Assembly (NCBI RefSeq): GCF_006345805.1 | Contig: NC_043000.1 | Location: 132,308,001 to 132,372,000 of the forward strand | Reading direction: 5' to 3' | Source: Octopus sinensis | Lineage: Eukaryota | Length of the DNA: 64,000 nucleotides | Shown: positions 1-11,401 of the stretch, one piece after another | Layout: each line of letters begins with the position of its first letter | How positions within the stretch are numbered: the first letter of the stretch is position 1 | Notes under the pieces: model-generated | Databases searched by the model: none | Told to the model about the DNA's origin: nothing | The model's input: the letters and a program-made list of their open reading frames with translations, nothing else | Position numbers and translations under genes: made by a program

Positions 1-554
1 CTACGATTTATTTATCAAACTCGATAACAAAAATAAAATGTCTTTCTCATTCGCAAAATGAACCCCCTTTAATTTTGCTCAGATTGCTTTCAATTTCGGT
101 GTATCGATGCAACTCTGAATTTTGATTACGATCACCCAATTACTGTATCTCGTAAATTAAATAATCTGATGTTATTTAGAATTAAAGTTGGGAAATTTGG
201 GTAATTTTTAGCCAATCAACAGGCAGCGTGCCATTAGCAGCTTATTACTACGACAACCGCACGCCGTATTGTGGTTCACTTCACTGTTGTCTGTGACACA
301 CGTTGGTCTATGTTGATTTTTCATACTTGATTCTTCACACCACGAGATTCTTTTCACCCGCGTGTTTTGTTTTAATTTTTCTGTGTGTTAGTAAATTACA
401 TATTTTTGAATTCTGCGTGCAAAAACATATAAGATACAGGTATTCTTTTCCTTGGGACAAATTCTTTGTTGACCAATGTTATTCTTATCGTAGTTTACAA
501 ATACACACACCGTTTCTTTTGTCTCTCAATGAAGAGACGAAAGAAACATGTTAA

Positions 555-1143
555 TTTTATTCTTTTACTTGTTTCAATCATTTGGACTGCGGCCATGTTG
601 GAGCACCGTCTTTAGTCGAACAAATCGACCCCAAGATTTATTCTTTGTAAGCATACTACTTATTTTATCGGTGTCTTTTACCGAACCGCTAAGTTATTTG
701 AACGTAAACACACCAATATCGCTTGTCAAGCGATGGTGGGGAACAAACACAGACACACAAACACACGCGCGCGCACACACACACACATATACGACGGGCT
801 ACTTTCAGTTTCCGTCTACCAAATCTATTCACAAGGCTTTGGACTTATACTTTGTAAGCCTAGTACTTATTTTATCGGTCTCTTTTGCCGAACCGCTAAG
901 TTACGAGGATGTAAACACACCAGCATCGGTTGTCAAGTGATGTTGGGGGGACAGACAGAGATACACAAACATATACACACATATACATATGTATATACAT
1001 ATATACGACGGGCTTCTTTCAGTTTCCGTCCACCAAATCTATTCACAAAGCTTTGGTCGACCCGAGAAGACACTTGCCCAAGGTGCCACGCAGTGGGACT
1101 GAACCCGGAACCATGTAGTTGGAAAGCAAACTACTTGCCACAG
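555..1143 (-). mobile_element. SINE family A (tRNA-derived head, CORE-like CCTTGGGCAAGTG segment, internal microsatellite, (GTAAAAGA)n tail) with internal ~207-bp duplication
   Basis: Matches ~19 other copies in the window; B-box-like GGTTCAGTCCC on minus strand; 635-841 is repeated at 842-1056. Confidence 0.9.
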
Positions 1144-3102
1144 GTATTTCTGTTTATTTAGAAACCTACAATGAACAGGTCATGTCACAGACGCTAAACA
1201 ATAAATTTCACAGGATACAAGTTTAAAGTCGACACCACTCCGCTAAACGCAGAAAATTTCTGTCTCGCTATTGGCTAAAAATAGAGTGCTTTTCCGATTT
1301 TTAAACCTCTGTAATTTTTCCCTCCATTTTTTTCCCTTCCACAATATCATACCTTCATAGCAATGAGACTGGAAGACTACATTATTATAACCGATTTTCA
1401 GATTTTTCTTACTTCCTTTTAAAAAAATGCATATTTTGCGAATGAAAAAGCTAGATCCATAAAATGCGAAGTTGACTTTGGCGGGATTTGAACTCAGAGC
1501 GCAGACAGCCGGAAAGAACACAGTAAGGCAATGTATCTGAAACTTTAAAAACACGGTCAATACTGGAATTTCCCATTAAGCAATATGTCACCTACTTTGA
1601 GCAACAAGGAAGTTGGCCTAAGGTTAAAAGCGAAACCATGGAAAGCTGTATGGTGGATATGAAACTGCGGCAAAAGATTCATCTGCTAACGAGTTGCGAC
1701 ACTCACATCATGTTGGTCAGAGGGACCAAATCCCCGAAGTACGTTACAAATGACGTCAACAGACAGAGCGACCGTGGGCCGACCATGGATGCAATTAGGC
1801 AATGAAAGATCAATGTCTGTAAGCTCGATCAAATGATTCATTCATCGACTTTGGCGAATCTGACAGGTTAAGTCAACCCCAGCTGAATTCGAAACTCGGA
1901 ACGAGAAATAGCATGTAATAAATTATCACGTGGCATTGTGATATTTCTGCTATCACTACAAGATTCTTAGATGTCTTTGTTAGAAACCACTTTGTTGAAA
2001 TCATTCCAGCTTGAAGATAATTCATGATTATGAAAATAATCCAAGTCCCCGATTTGAAGATATTTCCACCCCACGCTCTTGAGTTTCAGAGGCCTTATAA
2101 AGAGATCAGGAATACTACCTTCCTTCACCACAATAAAAAAAATCAGTACAGTGCTCTGTCGTTGCTGTCATCCACTGTTCTTATGTTAACTTTTGCTATC
2201 TCTGCATCAAATGTATAAAATTAAAAGAAAAAAGAAGAAGAAAAAAACCAACGCCAAACTTAAATCTAACATCTAAACCGCATGCTAACTTCAGAACTTT
2301 TACACCATCTAAATCCCACCTGTCATCTCTAATTATTCCCAGGGTTTTTACTTCAAGGAAGACAAGTGTAAACTGGAAATAAACTCGTTTACATTTTATA
2401 AGAGTTTGTAGCCTGCTATCTCCTCAACTACTTTGCTGATAGACATTACAAAAAGCAAAGGAAAAAAAAGAACCGTGTTTAAAAGTTGGAAAAATTTCGT
2501 TTTAAGACAATAAACTGATCTTTTTTCTATAAGTGAGAGGAGATAAACAAGATTGCCCTTTCTCTTATATAATGACTGAATTTATAAAAAAGAAAAACTC
2601 GAAACCGTTAGACATATGGCCCAGCATTCTATTAATTGCGTCATTTCCACCCCCGTTGATATTTGTAAAAAATACTTTGTTGTTGACTGATAAGAGAGAA
2701 TACCAATTTATTCCGCTTCCTATAAACTGCATTTTTTTTTTACCTAGCATACTGTCAAAGTTTGTCAGAGAGTACAGCTGGTAAAGGATTCTCAGACCAT
2801 GAATATATAAGATAGGGACCCGGCTCCACAAGACGGTGTATAATTCCATATCCTCTTTTACTCTCAGTGCATAATTGGTGTATCATAAGCACTGGATTTT
2901 GAAAGGCCTACCCGCTGTCATTGACTTTCAGACGGCCTACAGACAAACATAGAAGAATGGTACCGACTTATGATTTTTTGGTATCCTCTCCTCTTTTTCT
3001 GAAAGCAAACAAAAGCGTCCCAGCCCACACATACAAAATTCGCAAAGTGACATACCTTGCATCTTGGGATGATCATTACTCCAACAATAATAATACTACT
3101 GC

Positions 3103-3145
<43 letters not shown>

Positions 3146-3147
<2 letters not shown>

Positions 3148-3538
3148 GGCGAAAGAATTTGACAAGCTCAGAAAATATAAAGACCTGCTCATTGAAATTG
3201 AGAAAATGTGGCATCTCAAGGTGGTTACAATACCAGTGATCGTAGGAGCACTAGGAATGATCAAGAAGGGAACCGAAAATTATATGAGAATGATCCCTGG
3301 CTTACCATCCCTGCAAGAAGTGCAAAAAATTGTCTTAACTGGTACACCATACGTACTGAGAAGAGCATTGTCGATGTGAGAACTATTACTACCCATGTAT
3401 TTTAATTTAACTTTATTTCTATAAAAAAAAAGTGAACGAACTAGTGAGTTTAGTTTAATGGCCTACAATGTATACTATGAGTTTCTTTGCCCTAGGAGTC
3501 GGGAAGACACTCGGCAAGAAATGGAAGCAAATTTGAAA

Positions 3539-3540
<2 letters not shown>
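3146..3540 (+). mobile_element. 5'-truncated R4/Dong-like (restriction-like endonuclease) non-LTR retrotransposon, 3' end
   Basis: Peptide KEFDKLRKYKDLLIEIEKMWHLKVVTIPVIVGALG...LQEVQKIVLTGT typical of the RLE C-terminus; stop at 3379, 3'UTR, (TAA)n on both sides. Confidence 0.85.
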
Positions 3541-3594
<54 letters not shown>

Positions 3595-3757
3595 GTTTCA
3601 GATGTTGCCAGAAGGGCCTCAGTGTTGAACTGGTACTTAATTTAGTGACCCCGAAAAGATGAAAGGCAACGTCGACCTCAGCGGAATTTGAACTCAGAAG
3701 ATAACGGCAGACTAAATAGTGCTAAGCATTTCGTCCAGCGCGCTAACGATTCTGCTA
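3595..3757 (-). mobile_element. SINE family B, diverged copy
   Basis: Reverse complement of ...GAGTTCAAATTCCGCTGAGGTCGACGTTGCCTTTCATCTTTTCGGGGTC... shared with other B copies. Confidence 0.8.
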
Positions 3758-3763
3758 ATAATA

Positions 3764-4232
3764 AATACCTTGATGCAGTACCAGGCAGTGGCTCTCATGG
3801 TTTCTGATCTTAACTGACTAGAAGGGTTATCATGTACATTGTTATGTCTTGATATGAAAGGTGGGCTACAGCAAATATTCTGCTCAATACCGCATATTTG
3901 CTTGTCAGTTGTTTGACCTTAACCAGTTGAGAATGTTCGTTGGTGGCTGACGATATGTGCATCTCTGATCACAAGTAGAAGTTGTAGGGGAGCATCATAC
4001 CCATGTGTTGAGAGGAATTCTTTGGGGTTTGAATAATTCACCTCTGGAAACATGGGTGTTTCGTTCATCATCCTTAAACAAACCTTATTCAGGGCATTTT
4101 TGAGCGGGATGGGCTACCACATATGGTTGTGATACCTGTGCTCGGTGTACCCTTATCATACGGGTAGTCGTGATGGGTTTCGTATAATTGTACCCCAGTG
4201 TCACTTTGATGGCACGTACTGCTATCTCAACC
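3764..4232. repeat. Unclassified ~470-bp insertion between (TAA)n tracts, probably a non-autonomous element
   Basis: Higher-GC block bounded by TAATAATAA (3756-3764) and (TAA)n (4233-4278); no ORF; single copy here. Confidence 0.45.
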
Positions 4233-4278
<46 letters not shown>

Positions 4279-4279
4279 G

Positions 4280-4665
4280 TAAGGCGGTGAGCTGGTAGAA
4301 TCGTTAGCACGCCGGGCAAAATTTCGTCTGCTGTTACGTTCTGAGTTCAAATTCCGCCGAGGTCGACTTTGCCTTTCATCCTTTCGGGGTCGATTAAATA
4401 AGTACCAGTTACGCACTGGGGTCGATATAATCGACTTAATCCGTTTGTCTATCCTTGTTTGTCCCTTCTGTGTGTAGCCCCTTGTGGGCAGTAAAGAAAT
4501 AGGTATTTCGTCTGTCTTTACGTTCTGATTTCAAATTCTACCGAGGTCGACTTTGCCTTTCATCTTTTCAGGGTCGATAAATTAAGTACCAAACGCATTC
4601 TGGGGTCGATCTAATTGACTGGCTCCCTCCCCAAAAATTTTAGCCCTTGTGCCTAGAGTAGAAAA
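4280..4665 (+). mobile_element. SINE family B, dimeric (head plus two body units)
   Basis: Head AAGGCGGTGAGCTGGTAGAATCGTTAGC, B-box GAGTTCAAATTCC; second unit joined at AAAGAAATAGGTATTTCGTC; (TAA)n flanks. Confidence 0.88.
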
Positions 4666-5233
4666 TAATAATAATAATAATAATAATAATGATGATGATG
4701 TCGATAACAACAACAATAATAATAACACACGCACCGGTTCAATATCATTTCTTTATCGGCTAAATATCTAATCAACTAACTAATCTGTCGTTTGTTTAAT
4801 GTGTTGGCTAAACAATCTCTTCAAGGTAGACCTTGAAGAGAGGGGGCATGTCATTGCGGAGGTCGCAAATAGCGACAAAAGGACATTGACAAACAAACCG
4901 CACACAGTGCGTGTGTTTATCATTGGCGTAATGATCTTCCCAACTCACAACAACATTAGTTTCAACACACGAAGTCACATCAAGAATGTTGCAAACCACA
5001 TACAGACACGAAGAAAAATGATATATGTATTCAAACTAGGGTATAGTACTGGTACTTGTTTCAATGGCGACATGGTCTGAAATATTGAAATTTGAACCTT
5101 AAACGAGCAATATGAGATACTGAACGAAGTACTGTGGAGCAGCTAGCTCCAGTAAATATAAATGTCAATGCACTTAGTTCCATATCAAATTTTTGGTCTC
5201 TAATAGGACTTTATAGGAGAGGTGGGGGCGGGG

Positions 5234-6056
5234 AGGCGAACTGACAGAATCGTTAACACACCATTAAAATGCTGCTAAGCATTTTATCTTTCTTTATGTT
5301 CTGAATTCAAGTTCTACTGCGGTGGACTACTTTGTCTTTCATTCTTTCGGAGTCGTTAAAATAAGAACCTATTTCTTTACTACCCACAAGGGGCTAAACA
5401 CAGAAAGGACAAACAAGGACAGACAAACGGATTAAGTCGATTATATCGACCTCAGTGCGTTACTGGTACTTATTTAATCGACCCCGAAAGGTTGAAAGGC
5501 AAAGTCGACCTCGGCGGAATTTGAACTCAGAACGTAGCGGCGGACAAAATACCTATTTCTTTACTACCCACAAGGGGCTAAACACAGAGGGGACAAACAA
5601 GGACAGACAAACGGATTAAGTCGATTATATCGACCTCAGTGCGTTACTGGTACTTATTTAATCGACCCCGAAAGGATGAAAAGCAAAGTCAACCTCGGCG
5701 GAATTTGAAGTCAGAACGTAGCGGCAGACGAAATACCTATTTCTTTACTACCCACAAGGGGCCAAACACAGAGGGGACAAACAAGGACAGACAAACGGAT
5801 TAAGTCGATTATATCGACCTCAGTGCGTTACTGGTACTTATTTAATCGACCCCGAAAGGATGAAAAGCAAAGTCGACCTCGGCGGAATTTGAACTCAGAA
5901 CGTAGCGGCAGACGAAATACGGCTACGCATTTCGCCCGGCGTGCTAACGTTTCTGCCAGCTCGCCGCCTTCGATAAAATAAGTACCAGTTCAGCACTGGG
6001 ATCGATGTAATCGACCCACCTTTCCCCCATGATTTGTGCCGATAATAGAAAGGAAT
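5234..6056 (+). mobile_element. Old SINE-B copy split by a younger antisense SINE-B multimer
   Basis: 5' part 5234-5369 and 3' part 5971-6056 are collinear with the B consensus; TSD TCGTTAAAATAAGAACC / TCGATAAAATAAGTACC. Confidence 0.75.
5367..5970 (-). mobile_element. SINE family B trimer (one head plus 3 x 184-bp body)
   Basis: Near-identical units start at 5367, 5551 and 5735; single head at ~5920-5970. Confidence 0.92.
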
Positions 6057-6591
6057 ATTTATAGGATAGGAGAGGTATGAACATATTAGCGACAAAAAGC
6101 GACAAAAAGTAGGCATAAATAGCTATATCTGAGAATGGACACTAAAAAGCATGGTGCTAAGATTTTCCCTATTATGCATAACATAACATTCATATTGACT
6201 ACTAGCATTAAAAGTGCACATGAATTTTCAACGAGTGACGCTTATATCTTTATGAGTTTTTGCAGTTGGGGGGTTGTTTTAATGTCAGACGCACCAGAGA
6301 CACAAGGTGACGTTAGCATTACTACTGCTGATATAGAGACAGACGCAGTAAGATGGATAAATACACAAGGGGAGGGCGAAAGAGAAAGTAAGAGAGGGTA
6401 CTTAGAAAAAAAGATTTTACTTGTCACTCCTTAATGCTATATACATACAATCCCCAATGGACTTCCTGTGGTTATAATTTGGTTAACCTAGCTCTGGTTT
6501 GAATATAAAAGATTTTATTGAAATATAATACTGCCCCTCTCTCTTGAATTTCTCAAGATCCATTTCCCTCACTTCAGCTCCCGTTCCCCAG

Positions 6592-6593
6592 TA

Positions 6594-6629
<36 letters not shown>

Positions 6630-6674
6630 ACACACACAACACACACACACACACACACACACCACACACACACA

Positions 6675-6738
<64 letters not shown>

Positions 6739-6758
6739 GCACGCACGCATATATATAT
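6592..6758. repeat. (CA)n microsatellite
   Basis: Directly visible. Confidence 0.97.
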
Positions 6759-6794
6759 TTGACCATTTTCAGAATTGTCGTTCAAGTAAGTTTA

Positions 6795-6895
6795 TATATA
6801 TAATTAATAATATCAGGGTAATAAAGGTTTTAGAAATTTTTACTACCAGTGGCCTAGCGTATAGAAAAATTAGTCAATAGGCTAATAATATATAA

Positions 6896-6933
<38 letters not shown>

Positions 6934-7053
6934 AATTAAGGACTAAACATCCTTAATTGGTATATATAAATATTTAATCTTCGGATTCTTTTTTAATATG
7001 CTAGACCACTGGTTTTTAATTGATAAATATCAATTTCTACCCTTAATTAATTA

Positions 7054-7128
<75 letters not shown>

Positions 7129-7260
7129 GATTCAAATGAATATGGTACTTAAGTTGAGGCACCAGAATTTAGTACAGTATTATCCATACGATTTCAAAGT
7201 AAGGAGATTAAAATCAAAACCAAAATATTGCTTATTTTGATTATATATATATACATACTA
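6795..7260. repeat. (TA)n cluster with small embedded repeat fragments
   Basis: ACCAGTGGCCTAGCGTAT (~6845) is an inverted match to ATATGCTAGACCACTGGT (~6996); 7129-7225 is homologous to 20619-20712. Confidence 0.7.
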
Positions 7261-7419
7261 GCCTTGTGCGGCCTTGTGCTTACAGTAGAAAGCGTTTATT
7301 AAAGTTGAAAAAGTGACACACTGACACTTATTATATGTTTAATTTTGGGGAAATTTGATTTCAATGAAAGTGTATTTTTTATATATATATATATTTATAT
7401 ATTTATATTTGTGTGTGTG

Positions 7420-7485
<66 letters not shown>

Positions 7486-7488
<3 letters not shown>

Positions 7489-7696
7489 GAAGCTTTATGA
7501 AAATAGACAAAAGACGAAGGCAGGTGGAAAACAAACGAACAATTGTATTAGTATAGCGCTCAGGAAATATAAATAAAACAAGTCTTTAACGTTTCGAGCC
7601 TACGCTCTTCAACAGAAAGATACACAGAGAGAGAAAAACACAGAAAGAAGGAGAGAAAAAAAAAATGCGTGCAGTAGCTAACGAATCAACATGGCG
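7486..7696 (-). mobile_element. ~210-bp (TA)n-embedded element with hammerhead-like motif (Penelope pseudo-LTR / retrozyme-like), copy 1
   Basis: Homologous end-to-end to 19741-19939; (TA)n on both sides. Confidence 0.75.
7583..7620 (-). ncRNA. Minimal type I hammerhead-ribozyme-like motif, variant core CUGUUGA
   Basis: UCUUU-CUGUUGA-A-GAGC(GUAG)GCUC-GAAA-CGUU-AAAGA; stems I and II pair perfectly; palindromic ACGU stem III. Confidence 0.6.
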
Positions 7697-7733
7697 ATAT
7701 ATATATATTTATATATTTATATTTGTGTGTGTG

Positions 7734-7806
<73 letters not shown>

Positions 7807-7827
7807 ATATAAATATGTATATATTTG

Positions 7828-7880
<53 letters not shown>

Positions 7881-8371
7881 TTTAATGAAAGCAAAAATGA
7901 TAGTGTTCAGTGTGTTGGTTTAGTATGCTGGCCACAGGAATTTCTGTCAAAGAGACATGGTTAATCAAAGTTGTACATCATCTCACTCTTTCTCTCTCAT
8001 TATTACTCCCACTGCTACCATCAACACTACTACTTTTAATAAAATAACAACACTCCCTAAATTTCTTTGTCTCTCTTTCTCTCCACCTCTTTTTTCTTTC
8101 TTTCTTTCCTAATCGTCTCTATGCCTACTATTACTTTCACCCCATCATGAGGAATAGTAGAAGAGTCATTGAATAGTGAGAGAGGGGGTGGGGGTCAAAG
8201 TGCGACACGCTGACACACAAAAATTAGTTTTCGCATTTATTATATTAAAGAGGTGGGGAAGAGAGGACTATAAATTCTGAAAACAGCCATGTAAAGAATC
8301 CTTTTTTATATATTTTCCAAAATACTATTAATTATACATCACATGATCGACCAAACTATTAGGTGTTGTTA

Positions 8372-8726
8372 GTATAGGATAAAGTTCTTCTTTGAGTAAG
8401 AAAGAAGAGGAATAAACGTAACATCGGGTTATCAACACCAAATTGCATTCAGCATCGTTATAAATTATTATTGTTAAATCATGGTATCAATCAAACTGAC
8501 GGATGTTGCTTTTCATCGCTGGTCATGATGCGCCTTGCAGCGTTTTAGCTTTGGAATGATGCCACCCCGTGGCTAGCCGAGCAGGCCAACATTTCCCCTG
8601 ATCGGAAGGTTATTCCGTTACAGGTGGACTGCAACAACGTGAAATGAAGTGTTTTGCTCAAGAACACAACACACGTCCCGGTCCAGGAATCGAACTCACG
8701 ATCTGGTGACCATGACTGAAACATCC
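8372..8726 (-). mobile_element. Old tRNA-headed SINE (D-type head) with extended 3' region
   Basis: Collinear with 18050-18402; head carries GTTCGATTCCTGGACC and TGTGTTCTTGAGCAAAACACTTCATTTCAC. Confidence 0.65.
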
Positions 8727-9243
8727 TTGCTATCTGACATTAAATTTTACCTTCAGTAGAGCATATGCAGATTAAAAATCCCTTCTACTTCCTAATTTTA
8801 AATGTTTGTCCACTTCTAAATGTCCGTGTGTATTACATTCTGTAACATGATGTTAGTAATGACGTCAACGTTCTATTCTGATGAGAAAAACTAACCAATA
8901 GATAGCACCAACTGTAGAACAAAGACCAATCGTGACATGACATATGCATTTGTTATCCTTTCATTTTATGCGTAAATGTGAAATAAATAGATTTGTAATT
9001 GTTATTTAAGCAGAAAAACAAGAGAAGTAAACTAAACTTTACATAGTTTTAGATAGTGTCATTTAATTACTGCGTAAAATGAGTATGATCATTGCACGTT
9101 TTGGGAATATGGCACACTTATTGTATTCACTGGAACAGTATAGCCTCCTGTGACGTTACCCATGGAGCGAAGTCCCTGTCTTACATGCAATGGCGCTAAA
9201 TAGGCTTTTTTTCTGTAATAAACACAAGTAATATTAACAGTAT

Positions 9244-9663
9244 AGGCGTAATGTGGTCGTGTGCTAAGTAGCTTGCTTACCAACCACATGGTTCCGGGTT
9301 CAGTCCCATTGCGTAGCACCTTGGGCAAGTGTCTTCTACTATAGCTTCGGGCCGACCAAAGCCTTGTGAGTGGATTTGGTAGACGGAAACTGAAAGAAGC
9401 CCGTCGTATATATGTATATACATATGTATGTGTGTGTGGGTGTTTGCGTGTGTCTGTGTTTGTCCCCCCCCCCACCAACATCGCTTGACAACCGATGCTG
9501 GTGTGTTTACATCCTTGTAACATAGCGGTTCGGCAAAAGAGACCGATAGAATAAGTACTAGGTTTACAAAGTATAAGTCCTGGGGTCGACTTGCTCGACT
9601 AAAGGCGGTGCTCCAGCATTGCCGCAGTCAAATGACTGAAACAAGTAAAAGAGTAAAAGAGAG
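9244..9663 (+). mobile_element. SINE family A, full length
   Basis: Head through (GTAAAAGA)n tail. Confidence 0.92.
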
Positions 9664-9934
9664 TGTGAGCTTGTCTGTTCTGAAGCTGACTAAAACTTGC
9701 AGCAGAAAGTTATTGGAAGTTAAGTTTATTGGGGAATCGAAACAGTACAAAGATTCTCAGATACACTAATCACACGTCATGGCCGGCTGAACACCGATTT
9801 GAAAACTTTTAAAAGGGGAATATGGAAATGTATGAAGGAACTGGAGAAATCTATTCAGATTGTTGAATGTTACAGGGTTTCTTGTAAAACAAGAATTAAT
9901 CTGCCATCTATCGTCGTCGTCTGCAATCCATCTA

Positions 9935-10582
9935 AAGTGGTGGTTCTCAAGGGTCCTTGAGGCCCTTGGGAGTTCATATAAGATTTTGTTGCTAAAATAT
10001 ACGTACAATAAATTGCTTATACTTCAATAAACAAAATATCGCATTTTTTAAAAATAGAATTGCGTGATAAGTAGCTTGCTTACAAACCACATGGTTCCGG
10101 GTTCATTCCCACTGCGTGGCATCTTGGACAAGTGTCTTCTAGTATAGCCTCGGGCCGACCAAAGCCTTGTGAGCGGATTTTGTAGCCGGAAACTGAAAGA
10201 AGCCCGTCGTATATATGTATATAAATATATATGTGTGTGTATGTTTGTGTGTCTGTGTTTGTCCCCATAGCATTGCTTTACAACCGATGCTTGTGTGTTT
10301 ACATTCCCATAACTTAGCGGTTCGGCAAAAGAGACCGATAGAATAAGTACTCGGCTTACAAAGAATAAGTCCCGGGGTCGGTTTGCTCGACTAAAGGTGG
10401 TGCTCCAGCATAGCCGGAGTCAAAGAACTGAAACAAGTAAAAGAGTAAAAGAGAATAATATTTAATTATATAAATACAGAAGGGTTTTTTTGTATACATG
10501 GAACAACTATGGAGGTCCAGAAGAAGAAAATAGGGATCAAAGGGTTCCATAGGCAAAAAAAAAAAAAAAAATGAGAATCATT
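9935..10582. mobile_element. Degenerate hAT-like MITE interrupted by SINE-A
   Basis: GTGGTTCTCA near the left end and TGAGAATCAT near the right end form imperfect TIRs; GGGTCC-like subterminal motifs. Confidence 0.4.
10061..10453 (+). mobile_element. SINE family A
   Basis: Consensus match, slightly 5'-truncated. Confidence 0.9.
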
Positions 10583-10645
10583 GATCCAACGGATTTTGAA
10601 ATTAAGGGAATTCCCTCGAGCTGCAGAAATTGCTGAAATGCTATA

Positions 10646-10877
10646 CAGTAGCACCTCGACTATCGCTGGTGTTACCTTCCAAAACTCCCTGCAATAGGTG
10701 AAAATCCGCGAAGTAGAAACAGGACTGTATATTTAAAAATTCTTTTTTCATAATTTGTATATATTAATCTTATTATAAATGCAACACAACATCACGGAGT
10801 AATCACCGTAAGCTTAAATGATAAACCGCGATAGGCGAACCGTGATAGGTGAACCGTGATATGGCGAGGGGTTACTG
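10646..10877. mobile_element. Tc1/mariner (Tigger/pogo-type) MITE, 232 bp
   Basis: TA|CAGTAGCACCTCGACTATCGC ... GTGATATGGCGAGGGGTTACTG|TA: imperfect TIRs with CAGT termini and TA TSD. Confidence 0.8.
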
Positions 10878-11339
10878 TACTATCATTTTTTTCAATGTAT
10901 TTGAATTTCTGCAACCATAATGAAGCATACTTAAACTACCAAGTACAAGAAAACTTCATATACAAGCTCTTAGTGATTTCTCCCTTTTAAAATATCGGAA
11001 AAGAGAAAAAGTATTTATATGATAATAAAATCTAATGATGGACCGCAAATTATCAATTATCAAACAGAAATGCGAAATTGAAAAAGTGAAAAGAAAATCT
11101 GTCACACGATTGTTTGCTATGAATTTAAAAACTGACTCCAACCAACCCTACCACTTCAATATATAATATGAAAATAACACTGAAAGGTTCCAGAAACGCC
11201 TGTGTCAACATAGAGAGGGAGAGGCAATTATTATTATTCCAAGCAATGGAAGCTCGTATGAAAATATCTGAAACAATGAACCGTTAGCACAAGCATACAT
11301 AATCGTAGGTATACATACATACATACATACATACATACA

Positions 11340-11399
<60 letters not shown>

Positions 11400-11401
11400 T
11401 A

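Noticed and set aside
2921-3379. 152-aa ORF with poly-Asn
   Set aside because: Chance read-through from flank across (AAT)n into the R4-like fragment; starts at TTG
5367-5920. Regular repeats as a CRISPR array or hammerhead retrozyme
   Set aside because: No unique spacers and a eukaryotic context; no CUGANGA core found on either strand of the 184-bp unit
6335-6358. Minus-strand CATCTTACTG resembling miR-8/200 5p
   Set aside because: No complementary TAATACTG arm or precursor hairpin
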